A stretch of 64,000 nt of DNA from contig OX597821.1 in NCBI GenBank assembly GCA_951406725.2, forward strand, positions 49,290,001-49,354,000. The letters are read 5' to 3'. This document shows, piece after piece, positions 22,700 to 35,110 of the stretch. The notes beneath the pieces are model-generated. The model was not told where the DNA came from, made no database searches, and worked only from the letters and a program-made list of their open reading frames with translations. The first letter of the stretch is position 1, and each line of letters begins with the position of its first letter. The position numbers and the translations under genes are program-made. The stretch comes from Octopus vulgaris. Its lineage: Eukaryota.

Positions 22700-23042
22700 T
22701 GAACTAGCACCTGTGCTGGTAGCACATAAAAAGCACCCTTCAAGCACTGGGCCTCATGGAAGCAATGGCAAACGACCGAGACCTTTGGCAATATGCTGTG
22801 CTTGAGGAGGTAGACCCATCAAGCCAAGTGAAATTGTAGTTGTAGCAGATACTGGTGTCACGTAACTGGCACATGTGCCAGTGGTACGTAAAAGCACCCA
22901 TTTACATTCTCAGAGTGGTTGGTGTAGAAATCATGCCAAATCAGACTGGAGTCCAGTGCAGCCTCTCAGCTTACCAGCCCTGGTCAAACTGTCCAATCCA
23001 TGTCAGCATGGACACTAAATGCTGCTGCTGTTGTTGATGATG
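22700..23042 (+). mobile_element. RTE 3'-UTR-derived short repeat; related copies at about 5030-5180, 17920-18008, 26995-27118, 28970-29220, 30440-30680, 43405-43590 (+) and 21022-21200, 35238-35420 (-)
   Basis: Shared gtccaacccatg(c/t)tagcatgg...(GAT)n tail, matching the 3' end of the RTE at 5596. Confidence 0.75.
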
Positions 23043-23538
23043 TGTGATTTGGAAGAAAATTGGTTGTTTATATTTGTAGCTTGAGTAGAACTTCAATGCA
23101 AATGTTTGGTCTTTGTGTATATCAGGAACTACACTCTAATGCATTCATCTCTTTTGAAAGAGTGTGTGGGAGTTTGGGTTGCTATTTTTAGCAAGGTAAT
23201 CTACAATGTGCAGGTTCACTTTGTTGTTGCTGTTTAGCACTAGATTATCTCTGATTGAATGAGACTTATAACAAAAGATGTTTCAGCTATGACTATCTTT
23301 TAGTGGATCAGAGACTATGGTGTCTAATAGGTTCTTCTTGTTAAGGCTTAAATATGCAGATTACCAATATAGTAGAAAATTCCATTAAAATTCTGTTAGC
23401 AGGAAAATCAGGGACAGTTGGTGAGATATTAAAAAATATCTGATTATGTGTGTAGGTAATCAGATAGTGTGAGGAGAGATCAATCACAGTGACTTGTGCT
23501 GCAGTATCATTATTGTTAAATGCTTCCAGATGTATCAA

Positions 23539-23758
23539 CCCTTTCATTACTGTATTTATTTTGAGATGCTCTGTGTTTCTTTCAACTATTTTAAATATAA
23601 CAAAGAATTTAGTAAAATAACTTAATTATCATTAATCTTGTGTTAGGAACGTAAATTGTGACTAAGATTTGGTGGAATATTTTAATTCAAAACTTATGAA
23701 AACAAGACATTTTACCACAGAGCCAGAGCCGGTTTTGGCCGGGTTAATAATAAAAGGG
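23539..23758. mobile_element. piggyBac-type MITE; related degraded copies near 4490-4582, 45480-45830, 50620-50905
   Basis: tcaa|CCCTTT...AAAGGG|ttaa termini. Confidence 0.65.
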
Positions 23759-24035
23759 TTAAACAGATTGACTAAATCAGTCACGAAAGTTGCAGAGAGA
23801 GAGAGAGTTAATAACCAGAGTAATGAGGGAAAAACTGCCATGTAGGTTGGGTTTGTACCAGGACATGGAACCACTGATGTCATCTTGTTAGTGAGGAAGT
23901 TATTAATGAAAAACATAGTGTAACATTCGGCACATAGAGAAGGCTGTTGGCAGGATACATGCTTCATAGGTTTGGTGATTGCTAAGAAAACTAAGAATAG
24001 AGAAAATAGTTTGATAATTGTGCAAGCCATATTTG

Positions 24036-24415
24036 TGGCACTCTGTCGGTTACAACAATGAGGGTCCCAGTTGATCCGATCAACGGAACTGTCTACTCTG
24101 GAAATTAACATGCAAGTGGCTGAGCACTCCACAGACACATGTACCCTTAATGTAGTTCTCGGGGGAGATTCAGTGTGACACAGAGTGTGATAAGGCTGGC
24201 TCTTTGAAATACAGGTACAACAGAAACAGGAAGAAAGAGTGAGAGAAAGTTGTGGTGAAAGAGTACAGTAGGGTTCGCCACCACCCTCTGCCAGATCCTC
24301 ATGGAGCTTTAGGTGTTTCTGCTCAATAAACACTCACAACGCCCAGCCTGGGAATCAAAACCGCAATCCTACGACCATGAGTCTGCTGCCTTAAACACTA
24401 GGCCATTGTGCCTCC
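24036..24415 (-). mobile_element. tRNA-derived SINE; a related 3' portion occurs at about 32480-32790
   Basis: Minus strand begins GGAGGCACAATGGCCTAGTG..., B-box-like GGTTTTGATTCCC; tail gagtgctcagccacttgca shared with 32550-32575. Confidence 0.75.
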
Positions 24416-24879
24416 ATACAAGTGATATATAATGATGCTATCAGCAAAATAAAACTTAGCAATGAGTTAAAGAAGGGATTTAGTGTGTCAATGCTTGCTG
24501 CAGTCTCTCACCTCTTGAAACTTTTCTGACAAGGAAACTGCAGTGGTTTGGTCATGTGTTGTGGCACCCTCATGACAAACTCATCCAGAAGGCAATAACA
24601 CCAGATCCTCCCCCAGGTTGGCAGAAGCAGAGAGATGGTCTGCTGAAGATGTGACTCACAACTGTCAAAGCAGATATGGAGCTTGTTTCTAGCCCTTGAG
24701 TCTTTGGCGTTTGTCACTGGAACTAGGAATGGCTTCAAACATGCTGCAGAAACAGCCACCAACAGACATGCATGGACTGCTTTGACCTGTGATGCGGTGA
24801 ACTCAATAGGAGCCAGCTTAACCCCATCCAAGTAAATGCCATTACAAGACAAGAAGTTCATCATCTACCCACTCTTTAT

Positions 24880-25960
24880 TACATGTCTCCAGGCTATAAC
24901 AGAGGACTTCAAATCTAGCTATCACCGAATACTCCAGTATGTCATCAACCTAGTTTTTAAAGCTGAATCAAATGAAAAATTTGAAATCAAGTTTCTAATA
25001 TAGAAGCAGAGTCTAAACTCAAAGGGTCTAATCGTTAGTTTAATGAAGATGGATATTTTCTTTTTCTGTGCTGGACCAGTAGTCTCTCCTCATTAGCTTT
25101 GGTTGATCTTCAGTTTCATGTATGTCTCTACCAAATAATATCAATGTAGTTGAGTGGTCCTTTATTAAAGTATGGAAGTCTCTAAAATACATCTGATATA
25201 ACCTCTTGTTCAGAACAATCATAGGATGGAAAACAGATGACAACAACCAAAAGGGAAGTGACCGTGATTGATATTACAAAAGGAGAAGGTGAGAACTCCA
25301 TAATTTACCTTGTGGAAACTAGGAGTACACAAAGAGCACAGTGTGATCTAAGGTACTCACACAGAGGATTTCTTATAGATGCACAGTTAATAAGGAATAA
25401 GTATATAGATGCACATAAGCATACAGATGCACAGTTAATAAGGAATAATTGATGAGAGTAGCCAAAGGAATGAAGACTGACTAGAGGTAATTAAGAGATT
25501 CTGTTACTTGTGTGACCTAATTAGCAGTGTGGATATGAATGTTGTGGAAACAGTAGCCAGTGTAAGGTGGGAGTGGGAAAAGTTCAGAGAGCTATATCCT
25601 GTGTTGGCAATAAAGGACTTTTTTGTGAAGCAAGAGTTTTAGAGTGTATGTATGAAGTGAGATGTTGTATGGAGGTTAGACATGGACTTCACTTTGGGAG
25701 AATATATGAAAGAAAGGCAGTGAACATACTCAGCAGGATGTGTGGCATTAGCTTGAATAGACACTGGAGCAAAGTATGAGAGGAAAAAGTATTCATTAAA
25801 GATATCAGCCTTAATGTATGACGGAGAAAACTGCTAGAGTATGGACATGTATATGAATGTTGACAGTTGGATAAAGGTGTATTAGTCAGCAGGAGTGAGA
25901 AAGCTGCAAAAGAGGATGACTATAGAAGGAATGGTGAGGGTTGATCTCACACAAAACAGA
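24880..25960 (+). mobile_element. Highly decayed RTE RT fragments (also about 23840-23900, 24420-24480)
   Basis: Degenerate homology to the RT region of the RTE at 5596-7566 (EDFKS..., AES.EK, ...GVGKVQRA). Confidence 0.55.
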
Positions 25961-26464
25961 TGACAATTAAGAGAGATGCTGCATTGAAATTGATGTCATC
26001 ATGAAAAAATGGCTATGAGGATTCTATCAGTAATAGACTTAACTACATCTAAGTATCATAGATAGTAGCAATAATGATATTTGGTCAAATATTCAGATTT
26101 TGAGTAAAATTGACCACCACATGATATCATATATTACACTTCATCACACTATATGAAAGCACATCACACCACACTATTCTATACCACATCACACACATGC
26201 ATGTATGTGCATTTGATATTTTTGTTTACAGTTTTAGACTGAAAACAAAGCCATCACACACACACACACAAGTTTATACATTTTAATTAAAAGAAATTAT
26301 TTTAATGAGACTTGACAATATAACTTCAAAATGATTATTTTACCCTAATATAATTATTAACTATTGCAACTGTTATTTCAATCAATGTTTCTTGTCTTGT
26401 TAATTATATTTCATTAAAATGTATCCATGGTTCAACACGTTTTCTTCCATTGTAATATTTCCAG

Positions 26465-26538
26465 CAAATGAAGACACCCTCAGTAGGGAATCAGCTATAG
26501 CATCATATTCTCCATCAGAAACCAGTGATTATAATGGC
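26465..26538 (+). CDS. TRAF7: TRAF7-like gene exon B1 (74 nt, phase 1 to 0): xNEDTLSRESAIASYSPSETSDYNG
   Basis: Acceptor atttccAG, donor GTGAGT, open frame, Ser-rich; ASYSP resembles the LAYSP segment of the vertebrate TRAF7 N-terminus (recalled). Confidence 0.7.
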
Positions 26539-26569
26539 GTGAGTATTCTTCTTACCCCACCTCTCTCTT

Positions 26570-26600
<31 letters not shown>

Positions 26601-27462
26601 GTATGTGTGTATATATATATATATATATTAATCTTTGTTTTTATGTTCAGTTATGATAAAAAGAATTTTACATTAATCCGACTGATTACACTCTACTTTT
26701 TCACTCTACTTTCACAAATTTATTATTCTTAAGCAAGATTGTTGTTGATAGTTATTTTTGATATCATTGGAGTTAGTCCTTTGCTTTGACAATGTAAAGA
26801 TCAAAGGTTTCAAGTTTAGTCCAATATTTAAAAACTTAGTAACTGGGTGTGTCAACTTTTTTGCAATGGAATTCTTTAAAGGCTCACATATATTTATCTT
26901 AGCGAGGTTATTGTTGTTGTGATATATATATATATGGCTGATGCTGGTGTTTCATGAGATGGCAGTCATGGCTGATGTTTGTGTTTTGTAACTGGCAAGA
27001 AACGATGCCAGATCAGTTTGGAACCTGGTACAGCTCCTCAGCTTACCAGTTTTCAGTCAAACCGTCCAACCCATATCAGCATGGAAAATGGACAGTAAAT
27101 GATGATGATGATGATGATATATATATAAGAAAATGAGATGACAAAGGGAAAAACAGTTGTTTTGAACTTCATTAGCTTGAGTGCCTGAATAACATCCTAT
27201 AGCTTCATCGGAGCCTCGAATATGAAGTGCAATTTGGGAAAAACCAACATATTTGTATTCTTTTTCCCAAGCCTTTTAGAGCTGGAGAGTGAGGGGATAC
27301 AAGGTATATTTTAAATAGACTGTAACAATGAAATGAGGAGGTAAATAGGGTAATTAGAGGCAAAATTCCCTCACTGGATGAAGTATTTTTTTTTTATACC
27401 ACTAATAACACAGCAGTAAGCTACACATAGACACACACATACAGATCAGTCAATCATTCACC

Positions 27463-27497
<35 letters not shown>

Positions 27498-28375
27498 CTT
27501 CTCAACCACATGGTTCCAGATTCAGTCCCAATGTATAGCACCTTGATCAAGTGTCTTCTGTTATAGCCTTGGGTCAACCAAAACCTTGTGAGTGGATTTG
27601 GTAGATGGAAACATGGTTAACAACTGGTGTTGTTTTGTTTATGTCCCCATAACTTAGTTATTTAGTAAACGAGAATGGTAGGATGAGTACCAAACTTTAA
27701 AAGTAAGTATTGGGGTTGATTCACTCAACTAAAATCCTTCAGAGAAGTGCCCCAGCATGGCTGCAATCCAATGACTAAACAAGTAAAAGATAAAGGATAT
27801 TGCTCTTTTCCCCTACAATCTTTATATACCTAATTTTCTTCTTTTTCATTTTCTTTATTCCCTTGTTTTCCTTGTTTCTTTTCCTTTATTCTGACTCATT
27901 CCTTTTCTTCTTTTTATCTTCAATGTTCCTCATTCTTCATTCTTCCTCAATCGACATCTTTTCCCTTTTTCATTCTTCTTTCTACATCATTTTCCTTTTA
28001 GTTCTTTCTTCCTTCCTTCTTTACCATCTATCTTCCTTCTTTCCTTACCATCTATCTTCCCCCTCTTCTTTCAAACCCAGTTGCCATCACCATGTGCCAT
28101 CCACACACCCTATCTGAAGACTATGTGCTACTGTTTATGAAACATCTGTTTACTTGATTAATATAATCACATTGTTAAGTATCTGCTGTGCTATCTCACA
28201 AACTACAGAAAGCAGCAACAGCAATATTTTATATTTATATAAATGAAGGTAATACTCAGCAAAGATGGTGGTTGTTAAGAGAAATCTTATAATCAGGGTT
28301 TAAAGTGTTTTAACTACATGACCTCCCCCTGCTCTGTTCACCATACTCTTGGTAAGCTACAGCTTTTATGTAAAA

Positions 28376-28744
28376 CTAGCAGTATCGCCCGGCGTTGCTC
28401 AGGTTTGTAAGGGAAATAACTATAAAGCATTTTTAGAGAGTTATAGTCAAAAAGTAGCAAAAAAATGGAATAAAATGATGGTAATTTTTTTTTGAGATTT
28501 AAAAAAAGGTGGAGTTTGTGGTTTGTGTTTCTGATTCTCGACCCCATGTCGAATTTATCGATTTTTTTTCAGAACTGGGGGAACTTTTCAAAATTTTCGC
28601 TGCGTTAGTTTTGAATTATGACATTGGGCTATGTGTGTGTCAAGTTTCATCAGAATCGGTTGAAAGCCGTGGTCAGGGTGAGGGTACAAGCAAACAGACA
28701 CACAGAAACACGCACAGACAAACTGCCGTTTATATATAGAGAGA
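28376..28744 (-). mobile_element. Non-autonomous Helitron
   Basis: Minus strand A|TCTCTCTATATATAAACGGCAG ... cctgagcaacgccgggcgatactgCTAG|T. Confidence 0.85.
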
Positions 28745-31244
28745 TGATGAAATATTATAGAAATAAATTTACATGCATACATACATACATTACACACTGT
28801 TGATGCTCTCTCTCTCTCTCTTTCCTTATATATATTTACTACATGTGTGGAAATCTGCGGGTGGGTTTGTTTGTGGCGTTGTTATCTAACTCCTCCTACA
28901 TCATTTTATTGATTTTGATGAAACTTGACACCTGAGTGGAACTCATGTCTGGAAAACTAGTGACATACTAGTGGCACGTAAAAAACTAGTGGCACGTAAA
29001 AAGCACTAATCCGATTGTGGCTGTTGCCAGCCTTGCCTGGCACGTAAAAAGCACCCACTACACTCACAGAGTGGTTGGTGTTAGGAAGGGCATCCAGCTG
29101 TAGAAACACTGCCAGATCAGACTGGAGCCTGATGTAGCCTTCTGGCTTCCCAGATCCCCGGTCAAACTGTCCAACCCATGCTAGCATGGAGAATGGACAT
29201 TAAACGATGATGATGATGATATGATGTACGTGTATAAGTACAAAGCAACAACAGGCTGTTGGTTTTCCTGAGTTCCTACTTCCTTTCATGGGTCTTGATT
29301 TTCATCCTGCAGAGAGTTCAGAAATCCTCCTCCTCACCAAGCAAGCATGATGGGATTGTTGGTTTAGTCGCCAAGAGCTTGACCATGCAACAGGTTGTAC
29401 TGGATTACATGTTACCAGTAGTGCAAGGGCAGCCTGACATATATGTATATAATTATATATCTATATATATATACATATATATATAAATATGTATACACAC
29501 ACACACACACACACTCTTACAAAAATCTATTTAACCTACGGATGAGACCTTCACAAGTATTACTGTTCTGGGTCAGAATGGACCTGGTAGTCATAGTTCC
29601 CTCAGCTCCAGAACTGGATCCTCACCACAGGATGCAGTTTACTGCCATATCCAGGATTGAGCTCCTTAGCTTTGGTGAAAGCAAATAATCTAGGAGAAAG
29701 AAAACTCCAAAATTAATACCCTCTTACAACATACCCTATGCCAACATGGAAGAGTATATAACAAATATGAACTATGTCCAACAGTATAGATTCATAATAT
29801 GGAGGTAACTATCTCATGTTAGTGCACATTCTGCCACAGGTGGAGATTGCAGAAAATGATGATGATGATGATGATGAGGTATCATTGCTTCCCCCATCCC
29901 CCCTCTCTCTATATACCCAGATTCTCACCAGTCACAGCATTCCCCTTCCCCGCTCCCTACTTGGGACTTCTTGGCAATACCACGCCAGTACCTGCCACCA
30001 TTCATCTCCGCCTTACTCTACTATCCTATTTATGCCCTGATCCCTGTTCCTTGCAAGTATTCCCTGGCACTCACCTCTATCCCTCTTCTGTTCTTGTTGT
30101 CCCTTATTCTCTCACTCTTTCCTTCGTTCTTCCCACTGGTTGAGTTATCATGTATCTCCTCTACAGCAACAAACCTGTTTCTGCTCTCATTCTTGACCGC
30201 TCTCTCTCTCTCTCTCCCTCCTTCTCTTGCTCTTACCTCTTTCTTGTTAACTCCCCATCTCTCTCTAGGTAACCATGTCCCTCATCAGCAGCAGCACACC
30301 TGTTTCTGCCCTCATTCTTGTTAATTTGTTCTCTTTCTCTCTTCCTCTGGTTGGGTAACCATGTACTTCCTCTGCAGCAAGACATCTGTCACTCTGTCAC
30401 ACTCTAACCAATCTCTTCCAATGCCCCCTCCCCTCTCAAAGATTCCTTGTCTTGCAAAGTTACTTGGTGACCCTGCCAGTACCGGTGTCAGTTAAAAATC
30501 ACCCACTCCACATGATAAAATGGTTGGCATTTGGAAGGGCACCCAGCTGCAAAAGCCATGCCAAAACTGACCTTGCCTATGCAAGTACCACATAAAAAGC
30601 ACTCAGCCCACTCTATGGAGTGGTTGGTGTTAGAAGGGGCATCAGCCATAAAAACCATACCAAAACAGACACAGAAGCTTCTCTCAGCCTCTCTCCATGC
30701 TATATACACATGTTGCTTCTTTTCTGTTTCTCTTTCATGCCCATTTTCTTCCAGTTTTGCAGGACTGTCTTTTAGCTATTATAGCTCTATCTATAGTGCT
30801 ATCCCACCTTATGTTAGGATGGTTCCTTGCTCCAGTTACAGATCTGGTCTGTACCTTTCAGCAGGTTCTCTCATAAAAACTCTGTTGTCCTCTATAGGGT
30901 TTTATCTCTTCTTCTTCATCATGTGTGTCATCTAGAAAAGCCTTGAACATATATTTAGCAGAACAATGTTTCAGTTTCCACACTGTCTTTCACCAGATTA
31001 TCTTTTGTTTGTCAGTGTAGCTAATTCTAATTCTGAGGTTACTAACCAGTAATCTATGTGGGTGCTGCATTCTTTATTGGAGAAAGACCTAATATAACCT
31101 TTCTGGTGAGATTGAAATCTTTCTGTCTTGCATCTTAGCTGGATTGGATGATGATCCAGTGGCAAATTGGTTTCTCAAAAATTAATCATGTTGCAGGTAG
31201 TCCATTTGCATTACACGCCTCCAGAAGCCTGCTTAGTAATTGAT

Positions 31245-31287
<43 letters not shown>

Positions 31288-31808
31288 ATGCGTGCGTGTG
31301 TATAAAGACACCTCTGAGGGTCTCTCAATAATGGCACTGACTTCTTTGAAATTCTGGCAGGAATACTTCAGGGTGACATACCTGCCCCCTTTCTAGACTA
31401 TACATTGAGAGAAACAACAAAAGATGATGAATCCATGGGCTTTAGACTACAACAAGCATGCAGCAGGAGATATCTTGCAGTGCTTCACACAGATGTGAAT
31501 TAAGCTGATGACTTTTGCATTAATAACTGAAACAATAGAAGTTATTACTGAGTTAGGTCCTATGCTTCACAAACTGGCTTGCATGCAAATGAGGACAAAA
31601 TGAAGTACATGGTTTAAAACAAAAGCAATGGCTACCTATTAGCAAAGAATGAATACAAACTGGAAAAAGTAAATGATTCTTCATATCTGAACTCATCTGT
31701 GTGTGTATGTATGTAACAGCTGCATGCAACAGCTGGGAAAAATTTTTTCCCAACAACTTGTTTATGGATATGTGGTTTGATATATCTTTACACACACACA
31801 CACACACA

Positions 31809-31848
<40 letters not shown>

Positions 31849-31860
31849 CTCTCTCTCTCT

Positions 31861-31908
<48 letters not shown>

Positions 31909-33018
31909 TTGTCTATCTGTCTGTCTGTCTATCTATTTATCTATCTATCTATCTCTATCTATCTGTCTCACAAATATGCTTACATGTGTGTGTAAATACA
32001 ACCATGAATGTGCATAATGATTTTCTAATCATACAATGTGATCAAGTTCAATCACTTTAGCCCTTTAGCCTGAGAAAGCTCTCTCTTCTCTCTCTCCTCC
32101 ACCTTTCTCTCTTCTCTCTGTGTTTCCATGTTGGCCATATTGCTTTGAATGAATGAGTATATTTTGCTTTCACAGTAAAGTTGTTAGCTAACTAATGGAG
32201 AAAGCATAGTGTCAGGAGATCCCATAATCCTGTCACATTGAGGATATGACAATTTCACTGCTACTTGTATTACAGTAAAGTAAAGCCTGTACTCTCTGTA
32301 AAAGTGCTAATGACCAGAAAGGCATCCAAGTGTAGAAACCATGTTCAAAACGAAGCGTTAGAGCAAAACGTGGTCCTCTGTTTTGTTGATTTTGACCATG
32401 ACAGACTTTCCATTATGGAAATAGCTAAAATGATGATGATAATGATGACAAGTATAATATATATGTCTACATATACTGCTACTCTGTTGGTCACAACATG
32501 GAGTTTCTCAGTTGATCCAATGAATGGAACATCCTGCTCATGAAATTAAAATGCAAGTGGCTGAGCACTCCACAGCATGCATACCCTTAATATAGTTCTC
32601 AGAAACATTCACTGTGACACAGAATATAAGGCTGGCCCCTTGAGTTACAAGTACAACTCATTTTTATCAGCTGAGTGGATTCATGCAATGTGAAATAAAG
32701 TGTCTTGCTCAAGGACACAATATGCAGCTGGTAATTGAACTCACAACTTTACAATCATGAGCTGAATACCCTAATCACTAAGCCACATGATTTCACATGG
32801 ATATACTCTTTTACTCTTTACTCTTTTACTTGTTTCAGTCATTTGGCTGCAGCCATGCTGGAGCACCGCCTTTTGTCGAGCAAATCAACCCCGGGACTTA
32901 TTCTTTGGAAGCCCAGTACTTATTCTATCGGTCTCTTTTGCCGAACCGCTAAGTGACGGGGACGTAAACACACCAGCATCGGTTGTCAAGCAATGCTAGG
33001 GAGACAAACACAGACACA

Positions 33019-33079
<61 letters not shown>

Positions 33080-33210
33080 TTATTATATAGAAGGAGCTTC
33101 TACAGGACTAGTACTGTTTCACTGTACTCTGCTATGTATTGAGTACCTTACTTACTGTGGTTAACCCCGAATCAACCCGGGACCTACATATATATATATA
33201 TATATATATA

Positions 33211-33419
33211 TTACGGAGATGTACTCGCATAGCAAGTAATTTGATCTGAGATCGTGTGCTGAAACGAAAACAATTGCAGCGTGGGAGGTGTTTATAAGCC
33301 ATTTAAGAAACACACAAAAGCCGTTCGATTCACTCCAACATTTAAGTTTAATTTGTCAAAATATTTTCGTCGCTAAAATCCGCGACCTGTTCACTGACAA
33401 AGTCCGTGCTGCATCTCTG

Positions 33420-33420
<1 letters not shown>
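33211..33420 (-). mobile_element. Short Penelope-like element in (TA)n, same family as 9892-10215
   Basis: Direct sequence similarity over about 190 bp. Confidence 0.75.
33352..33401 (-). ncRNA. Variant hammerhead-like motif with G3:C8 core (best copy)
   Basis: TTTGTCA-GTGAACA-G-GTCGC(GGATTTTA)GCGAC-GAAA-ATATTT-TGACAAA; perfect 7-bp stem I and 5-bp stem II. Confidence 0.6.
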
Positions 33421-33490
<70 letters not shown>

Positions 33491-34199
33491 CGACAGGCTT
33501 CTTTCAGTTTCTGTCTACCAAATCCACTCACAAGGCATTGGTCGGCCCGGGGCTATAGCAGAAGACACTTGCCCAAGATGCTACGCAGTGGGACTGAACC
33601 CGGAACCATGTGGTTGGTTAGCAAGCTACTTACCACACAGCCACTCCTGCGCCTATATATATATTGTGTGTATATATATTGTGTGTATGTTTTGCAAAAT
33701 TTTTGACACAGATATTGTTATATTTGGAGATGGTAATTTTTTTTATATTGCCAAATAACCACAAGCACTATATACTTGTTCTTCACTTCAGCTTTATTAT
33801 TATTCATATTTTACTGTCCTTTGTCTGAAATCTTCTGTCACACATCCTGTAACCTCTTCATCAACCTCTCCATCTCACATGTCTCCTCCTGTTCTGTTTA
33901 GTCCATTCTGTCTTTCTGTGGTGTGTATCCGTATCTGCACATACATTTGCATCTATGTGTGTGTGTGCTTAGTATGTGTGTTTTGTGTGCATGTATATTG
34001 GTTTGTTTACAACACTGTGTCTTTTATTTAGTTGATTTTTTTAATTCATATATTTACTTTTTTTTTCTCATTTTGTCTTAAGTATGTGTGTCTTGAGTAT
34101 GTGCATATGAGTTTACATATATTCTCTATATCTGTGTCTTTTTCTTCTTCTCTCATTCTGTCTTTAGTCATCATACTGCGTAATGTAGTGGAGAGGTGT

Positions 34200-35110
34200 T
34201 ACTGTTCCATTCATGGTTTCTGTTGAGACAAATTCTGCAATTACTATCTAAGTGTTGTGTCTGTTCTGTGTGTTGTTAATATCTTAACATCTATGTTATT
34301 AACCAAACCTCTATGTTATTTAATGGAGCATGTTGGTAGAGCACTGACAAGCATGCTATACAGCATCCAAAGGTTCTACCCTGATCTTAAGCCTCTTCAC
34401 TATTCTGAGATAGTCTGTCAATGTTGCTCTTTTTTATGGAAATTTGCAGTCTTTGTCAGGATCTTGTGGGTTTTTATTATTATGGACCAAATTTCCTCTC
34501 TAGACCAGTCAAATATCCTAAATGTTGTTATCAGTATTGATACTGCAAATTCATTGTGGGACATTGTCTTGTTGTAAAAGGGAGCTCTGACTGTCATAAC
34601 TTTCTTAGTCTTTGGTTACTCTATCCTTGTTTATAGAACTTTTGTACAATATATTTTCATCCATACCTAGATATCTGTTACACTTGCTGTGTAGAACAAG
34701 AGAGATTGAGAGACCACTGTCACAAAGATTAGGGTTTATGACATGGTTTCTCCTCATTCACTTGAAAAATATGAACATTTCTTTTGACCCATTCTGTCCC
34801 TGTATCATCCAGTAGAAAATATAGTAATTAAATCCAATCATTTCTCAGCATTGTAAATATTTTGGGCATAGATTTTTAGATCATTTACAAGGAAATTATG
34901 GGTTGTATTAGTGTGCCTTGCTGTTGTGGTCCCTAGGACATAGCCAGTGGATTTGCATAAAAGAAATGACAGAGAATTTAGGGCCAGAATAAAAAGAAGT
35001 ACAAACAGACTGTCACTTAGGAATATTTCCATTACAATATTAATAACATCAGACAGTTCTGCTTTCAGTTACAAGTGTTGGGGTTATAGACCAAGTCTTC
35101 ATGAACCTTT
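34200..35110 (-). mobile_element. Decayed R4/Dong-like LINE RT fragment
   Basis: IFLSDSLFVLLFILALNSLSFLL...THNFLVNDLKIYA (degenerate QGD and YxDD regions). Confidence 0.7.

Larger units (their letters stand above)
32805..33655 (-). mobile_element. Young tRNA-derived SINE, split at its internal CA/TA microsatellite by later insertions
   Basis: Head 33490-33655 and tail 32805-33025 are near-identical to the reverse complement of 45870-46272. Confidence 0.85.

Noticed and set aside
23662-24333. 223-aa ORF
   Set aside because: Spans a SINE, an antisense RTE fragment and a MITE; fortuitous.
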